From Vicinamibacteria bacterium (lineage in GTDB: Bacteria; Acidobacteriota; Vicinamibacteria; Marinacidobacterales; Marinacidobacteraceae): 64,000 nucleotides of DNA. A program made the translations under genes and the position numbers. The notes beneath the pieces were generated by a model that was given only the letters and a program-made list of their open reading frames with translations, did not search any database and was not told where the DNA came from. Each line of letters opens with the position of its first letter. Position 1 is the first letter of the stretch. This document shows, in pieces, positions 28,664 to 41,091 of this stretch. Location of the stretch: the NCBI GenBank assembly GCA_963668695.2, contig CAXXLQ010000004.1, positions 640,001-704,000 on the forward strand. Direction: 5' to 3'.

Positions 28664-30730
28664 ATGCGCGACTATCAGACCGCCGAACTTCGCACTCTCG
28701 CCGTGGCCGGACATGGAACGTCCGGCAAGACAACGCTCGTCTCGGCGCTCCTCTACGCCGCCAGCGCGGTAACCCGCCTCGCCCGTGTCGAAGATGGGAA
28801 CACGACGACCGACTTTGACGAGGACGAGATCGAACGCGGCATCAGCCTGAGTGCGGCGCCAACCCATTTCGACTGGGGCGGCACCAAAATTAATCTGCTG
28901 GACACGCCGGGTTACAGCAACTTCCTCACCGAGGCGAAACTGGCCATGCCCGTCGTCGACACCGCCCTCATTTCGGTGTGCGCGGTGGATGGAGTGGGCG
29001 TCAACACGGAACGGGTCTGGGGTTTCGCGGAGGAAAACCGCGCGGCGGCCATCTTTGCCATCAACCGCATGGATCGCGACCGAGCGTCGTTCGAGCGCAC
29101 CCTGAGCGCGATCCAGGAGTCCTTCGGGCGCACCGCCATCCCTGTCCAGTTGCCCATCGGAAACGAGGCCGGCTTTTCGGGAGTCGTGGACCTCATCGCG
29201 TTAAAGGCAATCACGGGTCCCGGGCCGGACGGGAAGGGAGCGAAGACCGGCGACGTACCAGCCGAGCTGATGGAGCAGGTTGAGACGGCTCGCAACGAAC
29301 TCATGGAACTGATCGCCGAATCGGACGAGGAACTCCTGGACCAGTTCTTTTCGGAGGGAGAGTTGACGCCGGAGCAAATGATCCGGGGCCTGCGAACGGC
29401 AGTGGCCGCCCGTTTGATCTTCCCGGTGACAGTGGTATCGGGGGCCCAAAACCTGGGAACCACGGCGCTCCTCGATTTGATCGTTGCGGCCACTCCCGAC
29501 CCCGCCGGGCGGGGACCAGCCCGTGGAGTGAGCGGGGATGGCGAGCCGGTGGAACGCGACGTTGACGGCTCCGCACCCGCCAGCGTCTACGTGTTCAAGA
29601 CCATCGCCGACCCCTTCGCGGGGCGGCTCAGCCTGTTCCGGGTCATGACCGGAACCCTGGGTCCCGACACCCAACTCAGGAACCTGACGACCGGCGGCGC
29701 GGGGCGGACTGGCGGCTTGAACGTCGTGAACGGGAAGGCCTTGGATCCGGTGTCGAAGCTGTCGGCAGGCGATCTCGGCTGTTTCGCCAAGCTGCGGGAA
29801 ACATTCACCGGGGACACGCTGGCCTCGGACGATGGGATCCGCTTCGTGCGCCCCGAGGCGCCCCATCCGGTCATCAGCTTCGCAATCGAACCCAAGTCCC
29901 GGGGAGATGAGGAAAAGATCTCTCAGGCGCTCCAGCGGCTTCGCGAGGAGGATCTGACACTGAGATTCGACCGCGACCAGGAACTGCTCCTCTCGGGTAC
30001 CGGGCAGCTCCACATCGAGGTGGTGGTATCCCGGCTGAAGCGAAAGTTCGGAGTCGAAGTCGAGTTGAAGCCTCCGCGGGTGCCGTATCGCGAGACGATC
30101 GCCGTAACCGCCGAGGCCCACGGGCGTCACAAGAAGCAGACCGGTGGTCATGGCCAGTTCGCCGACTGCCGCGTGCGCGTCGAGCCGATCGAACGAGGCA
30201 AGGACTTCGAGTTCGTGAGCAAGATCGTCGGCGGCGCCATCCCGCGCCAGTTCATCTCGGCCATCGAGAAGGGATTTCAAGACGCCCGACAAAAGGGGTA
30301 TCTGGCGGGTTACCCCGTCGTGGACTTCCGGGCAACGGTGTTCGACGGCAAGTTCCACGCCGTCGATTCGTCAGAGATCGCGTTCAGGATCGCGGCGTCC
30401 CTCGCGTTCAAGGACGCCATGGCCAAGTGCCGGCCGACGCTCCTGGAGCCGATCATGTCCGTCGTGATCACCGTTCCCGACGACAACACCGGGGACGTTC
30501 TCGGCGATCTGAACGCCCGCCGGGGCCGGACGCAGGGCATGGACCGGAAGGGCTCGCAAACCGCGATCACGGCACAGGTCCCTATGGCCGAAATGCTCAC
30601 TTACGAGCCGACCCTGACCTCCCTGACCGGGGGACGGGGGGGCTTCCAAATGGAATTCTCCCATTACGACCCCGTCCCCTCGAATCTGGCGAAGTCGTTG
30701 ATCGACGCCTACCAGACGCGTAACGACTGA
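28664..30730 (+). CDS. Elongation factor G-like paralog (EF-G2)
   Basis: GHGTSGKTT, ERGIS, DTPG, NRMD, KQTGGHGQF, DSSE; divergent from canonical fusA at 47091. Confidence 0.9.
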   Translation: MRDYQTAELRTLAVAGHGTSGKTTLVSALLYAASAVTRLARVEDGNTTTDFDEDEIERGISLSAAPTHFDWGGTKINLLDTPGYSNFLTEAKLAMPVVDTALISVCAVDGVGVNTERVWGFAEENRAAAIFAINRMDRDRASFERTLSAIQESFGRTAIPVQLPIGNEAGFSGVVDLIALKAITGPGPDGKGAKTGDVPAELMEQVETARNELMELIAESDEELLDQFFSEGELTPEQMIRGLRTAVAARLIFPVTVVSGAQNLGTTALLDLIVAATPDPAGRGPARGVSGDGEPVERDVDGSAPASVYVFKTIADPFAGRLSLFRVMTGTLGPDTQLRNLTTGGAGRTGGLNVVNGKALDPVSKLSAGDLGCFAKLRETFTGDTLASDDGIRFVRPEAPHPVISFAIEPKSRGDEEKISQALQRLREEDLTLRFDRDQELLLSGTGQLHIEVVVSRLKRKFGVEVELKPPRVPYRETIAVTAEAHGRHKKQTGGHGQFADCRVRVEPIERGKDFEFVSKIVGGAIPRQFISAIEKGFQDARQKGYLAGYPVVDFRATVFDGKFHAVDSSEIAFRIAASLAFKDAMAKCRPTLLEPIMSVVITVPDDNTGDVLGDLNARRGRTQGMDRKGSQTAITAQVPMAEMLTYEPTLTSLTGGRGGFQMEFSHYDPVPSNLAKSLIDAYQTRND

Positions 30731-30924
30731 TCCCCTCGGGGACGCGCGTCCGGTCCGGCGCGCTGATCCGCGGCTGCCGTAATGCGCTCCGCGGGAGGGC
30801 ACTTCCGCGCATCTCGTCGGCCTCGGAGGTCGTTGCTCCCGCTTCCCGATCCCGGCTCAGGGATCGCGGCGGGAGGCGCGCATGCTTCCCGGAACCACCC
30901 CCGTGGTACCGGGGGGCGGGGTGT

Positions 30925-31465
30925 TTAGCAGCCCCTGGACAAAGTCATGCGGCCCAGTTCCCCCGCTGGGGGCCTCGCCGCTCACACCCCCGGTTCCACA
31001 GGCTCCTAGCAGCCTGTGGCAAAACCCACGCGGCGTTCGACGGGCGATGCATCCCGCCCAAACAGCCGGTGATGAAACCCACGCGGCCCAGTTCTCCCGG
31101 TGGGGGCTCGGCCAGCGATCCATCCCGTCTGAACCGCGTCGCTTCGCGCCGCTCATCGTTGCGTTTCGGTCGGAATACACTCGGGCCAGTTCTCCCGGTG
31201 GGGGCTCCTCCCTCACGCGCCTTGTCAGTCGGGCGCCTCCCCGGCCTCGGCGCTCACGTGGGTTCCACCACCGGCTGTTCACCGCCCCGCTTCGCGGGGC
31301 TCTGCGTTGCGCTTCGGTCGAAATACACCCGGGCCAGTTCTCCCGGTGGGGGCTCCTCCCTCGCGCGCCTTGTCAGCCGGGCCCCCACCGGGAGGACTGG
31401 CCCCACCGGGAGAACTGGGCCTCGCCCGTCTCGGCGCTCACGCAGGTTTCACCACAGGCTCCTAG
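30925..31465. mobile_element. Cluster of family A elements: short form, then a copy with another copy nested inside it
   Basis: Short form 30929-31005; outer copy 31010-31461 interrupted by inner copy 31063-31277; ends on the rplQ TAG. Confidence 0.8.
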
Positions 31466-31815
31466 TCGACGAACTCGATGCGCGCCATCGGGGCCCCATC
31501 GCCCTGGCGGGGACCGAGCTTGAGGATCCGCGTGTAGCCGCCGGGGCGCTCGAGGAAACGCGGCGCCACATCGCTGAAGAGATGACGGACTATCTGTTTT
31601 CGCGGCAGAATCTGGAGCGCGCGGCGGCGCGCCGCCAGATCGGACCGACGCCCCAAGGTGACGAGGCGCTCGACGAACGGCCGTACCTCCTTCGCCTTGG
31701 CTAGCGTCGTCCGCAGGTGCCCGTGTTCAATCAGAGTGGCAGCCAGATTCCTCAGCAGGGCTCGCCGGTGCGACGGCCGGCGGCCAAGCTTGCGGTGCGC
31801 GATCTGGTGACGCAT
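31462..31815 (-). CDS. rplQ: 50S ribosomal protein L17
   Basis: MRH..RKLGR..HR.ALLRNL, RPGGYTRI. Confidence 0.97.
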   Translation of the reverse strand: MRHQIAHRKLGRRPSHRRALLRNLAATLIEHGHLRTTLAKAKEVRPFVERLVTLGRRSDLAARRRALQILPRKQIVRHLFSDVAPRFLERPGGYTRILKLGPRQGDGAPMARIEFVD

Positions 31816-31816
31816 A

Positions 31817-32764
31817 TCAACTTTGTCCCATCCCGAGCTTCAGACCGAGACCCTCGAGAATCCGCTCCACTTCTTCGATGCTCTTCCGTCCGATGTTCCG
31901 CTCGCGAAGCAACTCCTGTTCGCTCTTGACCACCAGATCGCCGATTGTCGCAATGTCGGCGTTTCGCAGTCCGTTATACGCACGCACCGAAAGCTGGTCG
32001 GCGTAGTCGTCGATGGAGGTGTTGCAATACAGATCGTAAGCCTTCTGGTCGTCACTGATCACGACATCGTCCGTCGCTTCACCCTCGCCGCCTACGAAAA
32101 TCCCCAACATTTCCCGCAGTAGGCGGGCCGCGGTGGCTACCGCTTCCTGGGGCCTGATCGACCCGTTGGTGTGGACGTCGATGACGAGCTTGTCCAGGTC
32201 GGTGTCCTGACCAACCCGCGCCGGCTCAATCTTGTAGTTGACCTTTCGGACCGGGGAATGCGTCGAATCGAGCGGGATGTAACCGATTTCCAGATCGGAA
32301 TCCCGGTTCCGCTCGGCCTGGACATAGCCGCGGCCGTTCTTGACCCGCATTTCGACATCCAGTTCCGCCTGCTGCGTGATGGTGGCGATGTGTACATCGG
32401 AATCCAGAATCTCGACGTTCGCATCGGTCTCGATGTCTGCCGAGGTCAGGGAACCCGGCTTTCTTCCCTTGAGCCGGATCGTCCTCGGCTCCGCTCCATG
32501 GAGGCGCAGAGGGATCCGCTTGAGATTCAGAATGATGTCCAGGGTGTCTTCCTTGACCCCCGGAATCGTGGACATCTCGTGCTGCACACCGTCAAATTTC
32601 ACCGCGGTGACAGCCGCGCCCTGGATGGAGGAGATCAGCAGCCGCCGAAGCGCGTTGCCGATGGTGACTCCGTAGCCCCGCTCAAAGGGATGAGCGGAGA
32701 ACCGACCGAAATCGTCGCCGCTGGTTTCTATGTTCAGGCCGCTTGGCCGCCGGAGTTCAGACAT
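31817..32764 (-). CDS. rpoA: RNA polymerase alpha subunit
   Basis: PFERGYGVTIGNALRR, SPVRKVNY, LSVRAYN. Confidence 0.97.
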   Translation of the reverse strand: MSELRRPSGLNIETSGDDFGRFSAHPFERGYGVTIGNALRRLLISSIQGAAVTAVKFDGVQHEMSTIPGVKEDTLDIILNLKRIPLRLHGAEPRTIRLKGRKPGSLTSADIETDANVEILDSDVHIATITQQAELDVEMRVKNGRGYVQAERNRDSDLEIGYIPLDSTHSPVRKVNYKIEPARVGQDTDLDKLVIDVHTNGSIRPQEAVATAARLLREMLGIFVGGEGEATDDVVISDDQKAYDLYCNTSIDDYADQLSVRAYNGLRNADIATIGDLVVKSEQELLRERNIGRKSIEEVERILEGLGLKLGMGQS

Positions 32765-32797
32765 TTGCGCTCTCTTTTCCTTTTCTTGTCGTACCCG

Positions 32798-33430
32798 TCA
32801 ACGTGAATAGAGCTCGACGATGAGCTGGTCGCGGATCTTGAGTTGCGGGTCTTCGCCGGAGGGAAGCGTGACAACTCGTCCCGACGTCATGTCATCTGCT
32901 TCGCGCTGCAGCCAATCCGGAACCCTCCGGCCTTCCGCGCTCTCCATGATCTGTTTGAAGAAATCCTTCTTGCGCGTCTTGTCGCACACGCGGATCACGT
33001 CTCCCTGATCGATGATGTTGGACGGGATGTCCACACGCTTTGCGTTCACCTGGACGTGCCCGTGCCGCACGAAGAGTCGGGCGGCAGCGCGCGACGGAGC
33101 CAGACCGAGGCGATAGACGACGTTGTCCAGCCGTCGCTCGAGAAGCTGCAGCAGGAAGGTGCCGGTCACGGCCCGTTCCCGTTCTGCGCGATCGAAATAC
33201 AGACGGAACTGACGCTCAAGCAAGCCATAGGTGCGCTTCGCCTTCTGCTTCTCGCGAAGCTGAAGCCCGTAGCCCTGAACGCGGCTACGGCGGGTCTTGC
33301 CATGGGCTCCGGGTGCGAAGTTGCGCTTGTCGATGGCGCACTTCGGGCTGAGGCAGCGATCGCCCTTCAAAAAGAGCTTGGCCCCCTCCCGGCGGCAGAG
33401 CCGGCAGACGGGACCGCGATATCTCGCCAA
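32798..33430 (-). CDS. rpsD: 30S ribosomal protein S4
   Basis: ARYRGPVCRLCRREG, LERRLDNVVYR. Confidence 0.97.
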   Translation of the reverse strand: MARYRGPVCRLCRREGAKLFLKGDRCLSPKCAIDKRNFAPGAHGKTRRSRVQGYGLQLREKQKAKRTYGLLERQFRLYFDRAERERAVTGTFLLQLLERRLDNVVYRLGLAPSRAAARLFVRHGHVQVNAKRVDIPSNIIDQGDVIRVCDKTRKKDFFKQIMESAEGRRVPDWLQREADDMTSGRVVTLPSGEDPQLKIRDQLIVELYSR

Positions 33431-33439
33431 GATCTCCTC

Positions 33440-33841
33440 CTAGTTCCGGCGTTTCTTGGGTGGCCGGCACCCGTTATGCGGAATCGGGGTGACGTCCCTG
33501 ATGGACTTGACCTCGATACCGGCGGCCGATACGGCCCGGATCGCTGCTTCGCGTCCGGCACCGGGGCCCTTCACCTTGACTTCTACATGAGTGCAACCAC
33601 GCGAGCGGGCCTCGCGCGAGGCCGCACCGGCGGCCTGCTGCGCTGCAAACGGCGTCTGCTTCCGTGAACCCTTGAAACCCTGCGATCCGGCGCTGGCCCA
33701 ACAGACCACGTTTCCAGCCGGATCCGCGAAGGTGATGATCGTATTGTGGTACGTCGCCTGGACCGATACGACACCGGCGGTCAGCATGCGCTTCTCGCGC
33801 TTCTTCCCGGTACGGCGACGAGTTGTCTTCTTCTTTGCCAT
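33440..33841 (-). CDS. rpsK: 30S ribosomal protein S11
   Basis: [21 protein letters not shown]. Confidence 0.97.
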   Translation of the reverse strand: MAKKKTTRRRTGKKREKRMLTAGVVSVQATYHNTIITFADPAGNVVCWASAGSQGFKGSRKQTPFAAQQAAGAASREARSRGCTHVEVKVKGPGAGREAAIRAVSAAGIEVKSIRDVTPIPHNGCRPPKKRRN

Positions 33842-33875
33842 GTGGTGTTCCTAGTTCCTGCGGGTAAGGATTCCC

Positions 33876-34241
33876 TTAGCGCCGGCGCATGCCGACCCGG
33901 CGGGGACCCCGGCGGGTCCGGGCGTTGGTCTTCGTGCGCTGCCCCCGCGCCGGAAGGCCGCGACGGTGCCGAAGTCCGCGATAGCAACCGATGTCCATCA
34001 GGCGCTTCAGGTCCATGGAGATCCGCTTCCTCAGGTCTCCTTCGACCCCGCCCTCGTCATCCATGACGCGGCTGATACGACTGACTTCCTCTTCGGTCAG
34101 ATCGCTGACTCGCCGGTGACGTTCGATCCCGGCTTTGTCCAGCATGGTCACCGAGCGGTGAAACCCCACACCGTAGATATACGTCAGCCCGATGTCGATG
34201 CGCTTGGCACGCGGCAGGTCAACGCCGGCAATTCTGGCCAT
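33876..34241 (-). CDS. rpsM: 30S ribosomal protein S13
   Basis: [20 protein letters not shown]. Confidence 0.97.
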   Translation of the reverse strand: MARIAGVDLPRAKRIDIGLTYIYGVGFHRSVTMLDKAGIERHRRVSDLTEEEVSRISRVMDDEGGVEGDLRKRISMDLKRLMDIGCYRGLRHRRGLPARGQRTKTNARTRRGPRRVGMRRR

Positions 34242-34328
34242 CGGTCAGTTCCTCACTTTTTCCACCGGCCGGCCCAACCGGCAGGCGATTCGGCAGGGAA
34301 TTCTGCTTAGAGAGCTAGTCACGACACA

Positions 34329-34442
34329 TCACCCCTGCCGCTGTTTGTGCTTCGGGTTTTCGCAGATCACCCGCACGACCCCGCGACGCCGGACAATCTT
34401 GCATTTGGCGCACATGCGCCGCACAGACGCGCGAACCTTCAT
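34329..34442 (-). CDS. rpmJ: 50S ribosomal protein L36
   Basis: Manual translation [37 protein letters not shown]. Confidence 0.97.
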   Translation of the reverse strand: MKVRASVRRMCAKCKIVRRRGVVRVICENPKHKQRQG

Positions 34443-34452
34443 TCTGCCACTC

Positions 34453-34674
34453 CTACTTGCACCGATACACGATCCGGCCGCGGCTCAGATCGTAGGGAGA
34501 AAGCTCCACCAGTACGCGGTCGCCCGGTAGTACCTTGATGAAACTCTTCCGCATCTTGCCCGAGACGTGGGCGAGCACCTTGTGATCGCCGCTGTCGAGC
34601 TTCACCCGGAACATAGCGTTTGGCAGTGGCTCCATGACGATGGCCTCCACAGATATAGCGTCTTCCTTAGACAT
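34453..34674 (-). CDS. infA: Translation initiation factor IF-1
   Basis: [25 protein letters not shown]. Confidence 0.97.
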   Translation of the reverse strand: MSKEDAISVEAIVMEPLPNAMFRVKLDSGDHKVLAHVSGKMRKSFIKVLPGDRVLVELSPYDLSRGRIVYRCK

Positions 34675-35458
34675 GATCCTCCTCTGAACCCGGGTTTTCG
34701 GGGTTCTGCTTTCTGGGCTCCGCCAGAATCCAGGGACCACCCTCCATGACTGCGATGGACCGCTCAAAGTGCGCGGATGCGCTTCCGTCCGCGGTAACGA
34801 CAGTCCACCGGTCCCGCTTCACTCGCACATCCGGGCTCCCACGATTCACCATGGGTTCGATCGCGATGACTGCACCCGGAATCAAAAGAGTCCGCTTGCG
34901 CGGATCGTAGAAGTTCGGAATCCAGGGCTCCGCGTGCAGACTCGTTCCGATGCCATGCCCGCCGTACTCCCGAACCACGGAATAGCCGTGGCTCTCGGCA
35001 TGGGTCTGCACCGCACGCCCGATGTCCGAAATGCTGTTCCCGGGACGTGCGGCCGCGATTCCCGCGTGAAGAGCCGCTTCAGTGACCTCGAGCAGATGAG
35101 CGATCTCGTCGTCGATTTGACCGACCGCAACCGTCGTGGCGTTGTCGCCGTAGTAGCCGTCCACGATGCAGCCGAAGTCGAGGCTTACGATGTCGCCCTC
35201 GCGCAGTTTCCGCCACCGTGACGGGATCCCGTGGACGACCTCGTCGTTGACGGAAACACACAGGGTAGCCGGGAATCCGTGGTATCCCTTGAAGGCGGGA
35301 GGCACGCCGTGACGCTTGAGGTTGTCGGCCGCAACCCGGTCGAGGTGAGCCGTGGTCACCCCCGGTTCCACCGTCCGGGAAAGCAGCTCCAAAGTCTCCA
35401 CCGTAATCGCGTTTGCCTGGTGGAGCTTGTCGAGCTCTACGTCGGACCTGGAGATCAC
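34667..35458 (-). CDS. map: Methionine aminopeptidase type I
   Basis: [25 protein letters not shown]. Confidence 0.95.
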   Translation of the reverse strand: MISRSDVELDKLHQANAITVETLELLSRTVEPGVTTAHLDRVAADNLKRHGVPPAFKGYHGFPATLCVSVNDEVVHGIPSRWRKLREGDIVSLDFGCIVDGYYGDNATTVAVGQIDDEIAHLLEVTEAALHAGIAAARPGNSISDIGRAVQTHAESHGYSVVREYGGHGIGTSLHAEPWIPNFYDPRKRTLLIPGAVIAIEPMVNRGSPDVRVKRDRWTVVTADGSASAHFERSIAVMEGGPWILAEPRKQNPENPGSEEDHV

Positions 35459-36036
35459 TGGGACACCAACTGTGCCGTCGCGAACGTCAGGGCCACGCGG
35501 AGGCGGCCGAACACTTCGTCTCGAGACCCGATCCCGGAAACATGGACGGCCCGGTCCCCGTAGTAGTCGAGTAGCGGATAGGACTCGGACTCGTAGATCT
35601 GGAGCCGACGGCGGAACGCTTCCTCGCTGTCATCCTGCCGTCCGTCCGTACTGCGCCGGTCTCGTACGCGCGCCGCGAGTTCCTCCCGCGGAACGGCAAT
35701 ATTCGCGATCCACTCGGTAGCGCCAAGCCTCGACAGGACCTCATCAAGGGCCCGAGCCTGGGCCTCGTTCCGGGGGTAACCGTCAAGGATGAAGCCCCGG
35801 CTGCAGTCGGAAGCGGCGATCCTCTCCTCGACGATTCCCAGCACGATACGGTCGCTCACCAACCCACCGGCCGCCATGATCTCGCGCGCCTCCATCCCGA
35901 GTTCGGTGCCGTCCTCGACCGCCTGCCGGAGAATGGCTCCGGTCGAGATGTGGGGCAGTCCCAAGGATTCGGCGAGCCGCACCGCTTGCGTGCCCTTCCC
36001 GGACCCGGGTGCGCCGAGAAGAATGATGGCGTTCAT
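35455..36036 (-). CDS. adk: Adenylate kinase (short-LID type)
   Basis: GAPGSGKGTQA, HISTG, LDGYPR. Confidence 0.95.
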   Translation of the reverse strand: MNAIILLGAPGSGKGTQAVRLAESLGLPHISTGAILRQAVEDGTELGMEAREIMAAGGLVSDRIVLGIVEERIAASDCSRGFILDGYPRNEAQARALDEVLSRLGATEWIANIAVPREELAARVRDRRSTDGRQDDSEEAFRRRLQIYESESYPLLDYYGDRAVHVSGIGSRDEVFGRLRVALTFATAQLVSQ

Positions 36037-36052
36037 GTCAGACCGCACCACG

Positions 36053-37434
<1,382 letters not shown>

Positions 37435-37438
<4 letters not shown>

Positions 37439-37959
37439 TTGCGGGTTTCGGTGTGTTCGGCGTTGCCACCAATGAGGTCTACGGTCCCGCCGGCTGCTTC
37501 GATTTTCCGCCGGGCGGCAGCGCTGAAGGCGTGGGCGCGCACGGTGAGACGCCGCTCCAACTCGCCCCCGCCGAGAATCTTGATGCGATATGGACGAGGC
37601 CGGACCAGCAACGCGGGTCCGTCCGGCTCTGTCCGGTAGATGCGGGCGCCGTGAACGAGGCGGGTAGCCACCAGTTCGAGTTCGCCAACCGTCGCGCCGT
37701 CTTCGAAGCGATTGAGATCGCTGAGATTGACGATCTCCTGACGGGTTCTGAAGATGTTCGTAAACCCGCGCTTCGGCACCCGGCGAACGAGGGGCATCTG
37801 GCCACCCTCAAAGCCCTTACGAAGGGAGTATCCGGACCGGGAACGGGCCCCTTTGTGGCCACGCCCGGCAGTCTTTCCGGTTCCCGATCCGGGGCCGCGT
37901 CCCACTCGCTTGCGTTGCCGGACAGCGCCCTCGGGCGGTGCCAATTCATGAAGGCTCAC
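37435..37959 (-). CDS. rplO: 50S ribosomal protein L15
   Basis: [22 protein letters not shown]. Confidence 0.95.
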
Positions 37960-37971
37960 TTGTTCTGGTCC

Positions 37972-38211
37972 TCATTCACCATCGGCCGGTTCAGCCGACT
38001 CTTCGACAATGCGGACAAGGTGCGGAACGCGTCGCACCATGCCGCGGATCATCGGGTTGTCCGGCCGGGAAGCGGTCGCTCCCAGCCGGCGAAGCCCCAG
38101 CCCCTTCACGACTTCGCGCTGGTAGCGGGTCGTACCGGCCAATCCCCGCACGAGCTGTACGACAATCGTCGCCTTCTCTCGGGTAGCGGCAGTTTCTTCT
38201 GACTCTGTCAT
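37972..38211 (-). CDS. rpmD: 50S ribosomal protein L30
   Basis: GLGLRR, DNPMIRGM; synteny. Confidence 0.9.
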   Translation of the reverse strand: MTESEETAATREKATIVVQLVRGLAGTTRYQREVVKGLGLRRLGATASRPDNPMIRGMVRRVPHLVRIVEESAEPADGE

Positions 38212-38218
38212 GGCTTCT

Positions 38219-38422
38219 TAGGTACTCATGGACAAGGTGGCGCGAGCGCCGAGAGTGGCCAGTCTCCCGGTGGGGGCGAGGCGCCCGGCGGACAAGGCGC
38301 GCGAGGGAGGAATACCTGATGTATTTCGACCGAAGCGCAACGATGAGCGGAGCGGAGCGGAGTGGTTCAGCCGGGATGGATCGCCGGTCGAACGCCGTGT
38401 CACTTTGTTCATGAGTTGCTTA
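38219..38422. mobile_element. MITE-like element (family A) inside the spc operon between rpsE and rpmD
   Basis: ACTCATGGACAAGG...CTTTGTTCATGAGT ends, family core, one 17-nt module variant; abuts the rpsE TAA. Confidence 0.8.
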
Positions 38423-38986
38423 TGCAGAGATCTCCGCCTCGATGTGACTCACGTCCTTGCCTCGAAGCTCCGCCACGGCGGACTTGGAGCGAAGGGAGAG
38501 CAGCGCGACCATCGTCGCCTCCACCACATTCTTCGGGTTTGAGGTGCCGAGCGATTTCGTCAGGATGTCCTTGATTCCAGCAAGCTCGATGACAGCACGC
38601 ACCGGCCCACCAGCGATGACGCCCGTCCCCTCCGATGCAGGCTTGAGGAGAACCCGACCGGCGCCGAACACGCCAACGACCCCGTGAGCAATGGTGGTCC
38701 CCTCGCGGGGAATCTCGGTCAGGTTCTTCTTGGCGATCTCAATACCCTTCTTGATCGCCGCCGGCACCTCTCGGGCCTTGCCGAGACCGAAACCCACGCG
38801 TCCATCCTCATTTCCAACCACTACCAAGGCGGAAAAGGACAGGTTCTTGCCGCCCTTCACCACTTTCGTTACCCGGTTGATGGAGACGACCTTGTCCTTG
38901 AGATCAGGATCGCCGGTGCGCTCCACCTGTGTGTTGCGGGAACCGCTGCGGGGCCTCGACCGGCCGCCGAAATCCATGTTCAGCAC
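38420..38986 (-). CDS. rpsE: 30S ribosomal protein S5
   Basis: [17 protein letters not shown]. Confidence 0.97.
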   Translation of the reverse strand: MLNMDFGGRSRPRSGSRNTQVERTGDPDLKDKVVSINRVTKVVKGGKNLSFSALVVVGNEDGRVGFGLGKAREVPAAIKKGIEIAKKNLTEIPREGTTIAHGVVGVFGAGRVLLKPASEGTGVIAGGPVRAVIELAGIKDILTKSLGTSNPKNVVEATMVALLSLRSKSAVAELRGKDVSHIEAEISA

Positions 38987-39333
38987 TTGACGCCTCCATT
39001 CCTTACGGCGTCGGCGAGCGCCTTGATCCTGCCGTGGTAGTGAGCCCCGCCCCTGTCGAAGACAACGGTCTCAATGCCCGCAGCCCGCGCCCGTTCGGCC
39101 AGCTTCTCGCCAACTACGGTAGCGCCCTGGGCATTCCCGCCACCCTCGATCCCAGCTTCGCGACTTCCAGCAGCAACCAGAGTTCGGCCGGCGGAGTCGT
39201 CAATGACCTGCGCGTAGATGTGCTTCAACGACCGGTAGACCGCAAGCCGAGGTCGCTCGGACGTACCGACGATCTTTCGGCGAATGCGGGCATGGATGCG
39301 CTGCCTTCGCTGGCGGCGGGTGGTGATTCGCAT
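38980..39333 (-). CDS. rplR: 50S ribosomal protein L18
   Basis: [19 protein letters not shown]. Confidence 0.95.
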   Translation of the reverse strand: MRITTRRQRRQRIHARIRRKIVGTSERPRLAVYRSLKHIYAQVIDDSAGRTLVAAGSREAGIEGGGNAQGATVVGEKLAERARAAGIETVVFDRGGAHYHGRIKALADAVRNGGVKC

Positions 39334-39366
39334 GGCTCCCTCTGTCCTCGGGATCTAATCTCGGGA

Positions 39367-39900
39367 TCAGGCCCCGGTCTTCCCGGCCTTCTTGATGAGA
39401 CGTTCGCCGGTGTAGCGAACCCCTTTCTGCTTGTACGGATCCGGCTTCCTGAGGGCGCGCATGCGCGCGGCCACCTCTCCGACGGCCTGTTTGTCAGCGC
39501 CGGACACGACGACATGGGTGTTCTTCTCGATCTGGACGTCAACTCCATCGGGGAGCGGCAACTCGATAGGGTGGGAATAACCCAGGGAAAAGGAGACTTT
39601 CCGGCCCTTTACCCGCGCGCGATAGCCGACACCGACGATGTCCAGTTCCTTCCGGAAACCTTCCGTAACTCCCGTCACGGCGTTCGCGAGGAGAGCCCTG
39701 GTGAGCCCCCAATAGGCCCGGTTCCCGGCCCCTTCCGACAGAGACACCTGAGCCACGCTGTTCTCGAGCTGCACTTCTATGCCCGGAAGAAGCGGACTCG
39801 TGAGGACGCCTTTCGGCCCCTTCACACGGACCTGCGAACTCTCGATCGTGACCGAGACTCCGGACGGGACGGGAATCGGTTTGGCGCCTATGCGGGACAT
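39367..39900 (-). CDS. rplF: 50S ribosomal protein L6
   Basis: MSRIG, GVGYRA, PDPYKQKG. Confidence 0.97.
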   Translation of the reverse strand: MSRIGAKPIPVPSGVSVTIESSQVRVKGPKGVLTSPLLPGIEVQLENSVAQVSLSEGAGNRAYWGLTRALLANAVTGVTEGFRKELDIVGVGYRARVKGRKVSFSLGYSHPIELPLPDGVDVQIEKNTHVVVSGADKQAVGEVAARMRALRKPDPYKQKGVRYTGERLIKKAGKTGA

Positions 39901-39915
39901 GACATCAACCTCGGC

Positions 39916-40311
39916 CTACCACACCTGGCAGAGCACTTCTCCACCCACGCCGAGATGACGGGCCTGGCCCCCGGTCATCACTCCTCGGGACGTGGAAAGC
40001 AGGGTGACACCGAGCCCTCCTTGCGCCTTGGGAATCTTCTGGTACGAAACGTAGACGCGCGTTCCCGGCCGGGAAACCCTTTTCAGCCCCGTCAATGCGT
40101 CGCGGTTGCCGGGGAGCCGCCGCAACTTGATGCGGATCGCGTCCTGGGGCGGAGAGGAGCGTCGCTCCCAACCGTCCACATATCCCTCCTCGTGAAGGAT
40201 CCGCGCAATCTCCTCTTTGAGCTTCGAAGCGGGCATCTCGACAAAATCGTGCCGCGCCTGAATCGCGTTCCGGAGACGGGTGAGCATGTCAGCCACTGGG
40301 TCAGACCACAT
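39916..40311 (-). CDS. rpsH: 30S ribosomal protein S8
   Basis: DPVADMLTR, SRPG.RVY, GGEVL. Confidence 0.97.
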   Translation of the reverse strand: MWSDPVADMLTRLRNAIQARHDFVEMPASKLKEEIARILHEEGYVDGWERRSSPPQDAIRIKLRRLPGNRDALTGLKRVSRPGTRVYVSYQKIPKAQGGLGVTLLSTSRGVMTGGQARHLGVGGEVLCQVW

Positions 40312-40323
40312 CAGAACGCCTCC

Positions 40324-40509
40324 TTACCAACTCGCCTTGATGATGCCGGGAATTTCCCCGGCGAGCGCCAGCTTGCGGAAACACAGACGGCAGAGGCCGA
40401 ACTTCCGATAGTAGGCCCGTGGACGGCCGCAACTCAGGCACCGGTTATAGCGCCGCACCTCGAACCTCGGCCGCTTCTTTGCCTTGGCAATTAGCGATTT
40501 TTTCGCCAA
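40324..40509 (-). CDS. rpsN: 30S ribosomal protein S14 (zinc-binding type Z)
   Basis: [19 protein letters not shown]. Confidence 0.97.
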   Translation of the reverse strand: MAKKSLIAKAKKRPRFEVRRYNRCLSCGRPRAYYRKFGLCRLCFRKLALAGEIPGIIKASW

Positions 40510-40542
40510 AACCCTTTCCTCTACTTCTTCAGCTCTTCAAAA

Positions 40543-41091
40543 CTACGCTTCGCGGCGGGCGAACGGCATCCCAAAGGCGCGAAGCAGTTCTCTCGCTTCC
40601 TCGTCGCTCGTCGCGGTTGTGCAGATGGTTACGTTCATGCCACGCGTCTTCTCGATCTTCGAATAGTCGATCTCGGGGAACACGGATTGGTCCGTCAGGC
40701 CCAGCGTGTAGTTCCCCCGCCCATCGAAAGCCCGTTCCGAAACGCCGCGAAAATCGTGCACCCGCGGCAACGCGATATTGATCAGCCGGTCCATGAACTC
40801 GTACATCCGCGTTCCACGCATGGTGACCCGCGCGCCGACCGGCATTCCGTCCCGGATCTTGAAGTTGGCGATGGACTTCCGGGCACGGGTGACTACGGGT
40901 TGCTGCCCGGTGATCGCAGTGAGATCGGCGACCGCGGCATCGATGAACTTATGTTCCCGCGCCCCTTCTCCTACGCCCATGTTGACGACCACCTTGGTCA
41001 CTCGAGGGACCGCGTGGACGCTCGCAATCTGCAGTCTGGCCCGCAGTTCGGGAGCGATTGTCTCCCGATACCGGACACGAAGGCGACTCAC
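40543..41091 (-). CDS. rplE: 50S ribosomal protein L5
   Basis: ITGQQP, FDGRGNY, FPEI. Confidence 0.97.
   Translation of the reverse strand: MSRLRVRYRETIAPELRARLQIASVHAVPRVTKVVVNMGVGEGAREHKFIDAAVADLTAITGQQPVVTRARKSIANFKIRDGMPVGARVTMRGTRMYEFMDRLINIALPRVHDFRGVSERAFDGRGNYTLGLTDQSVFPEIDYSKIEKTRGMNVTICTTATSDEEARELLRAFGMPFARREA

Noticed and set aside
37585-37650. ~20-aa insertion in uL15 as repeat-derived
   Set aside because: No similarity to any repeat family seen here; likely a lineage-specific loop.
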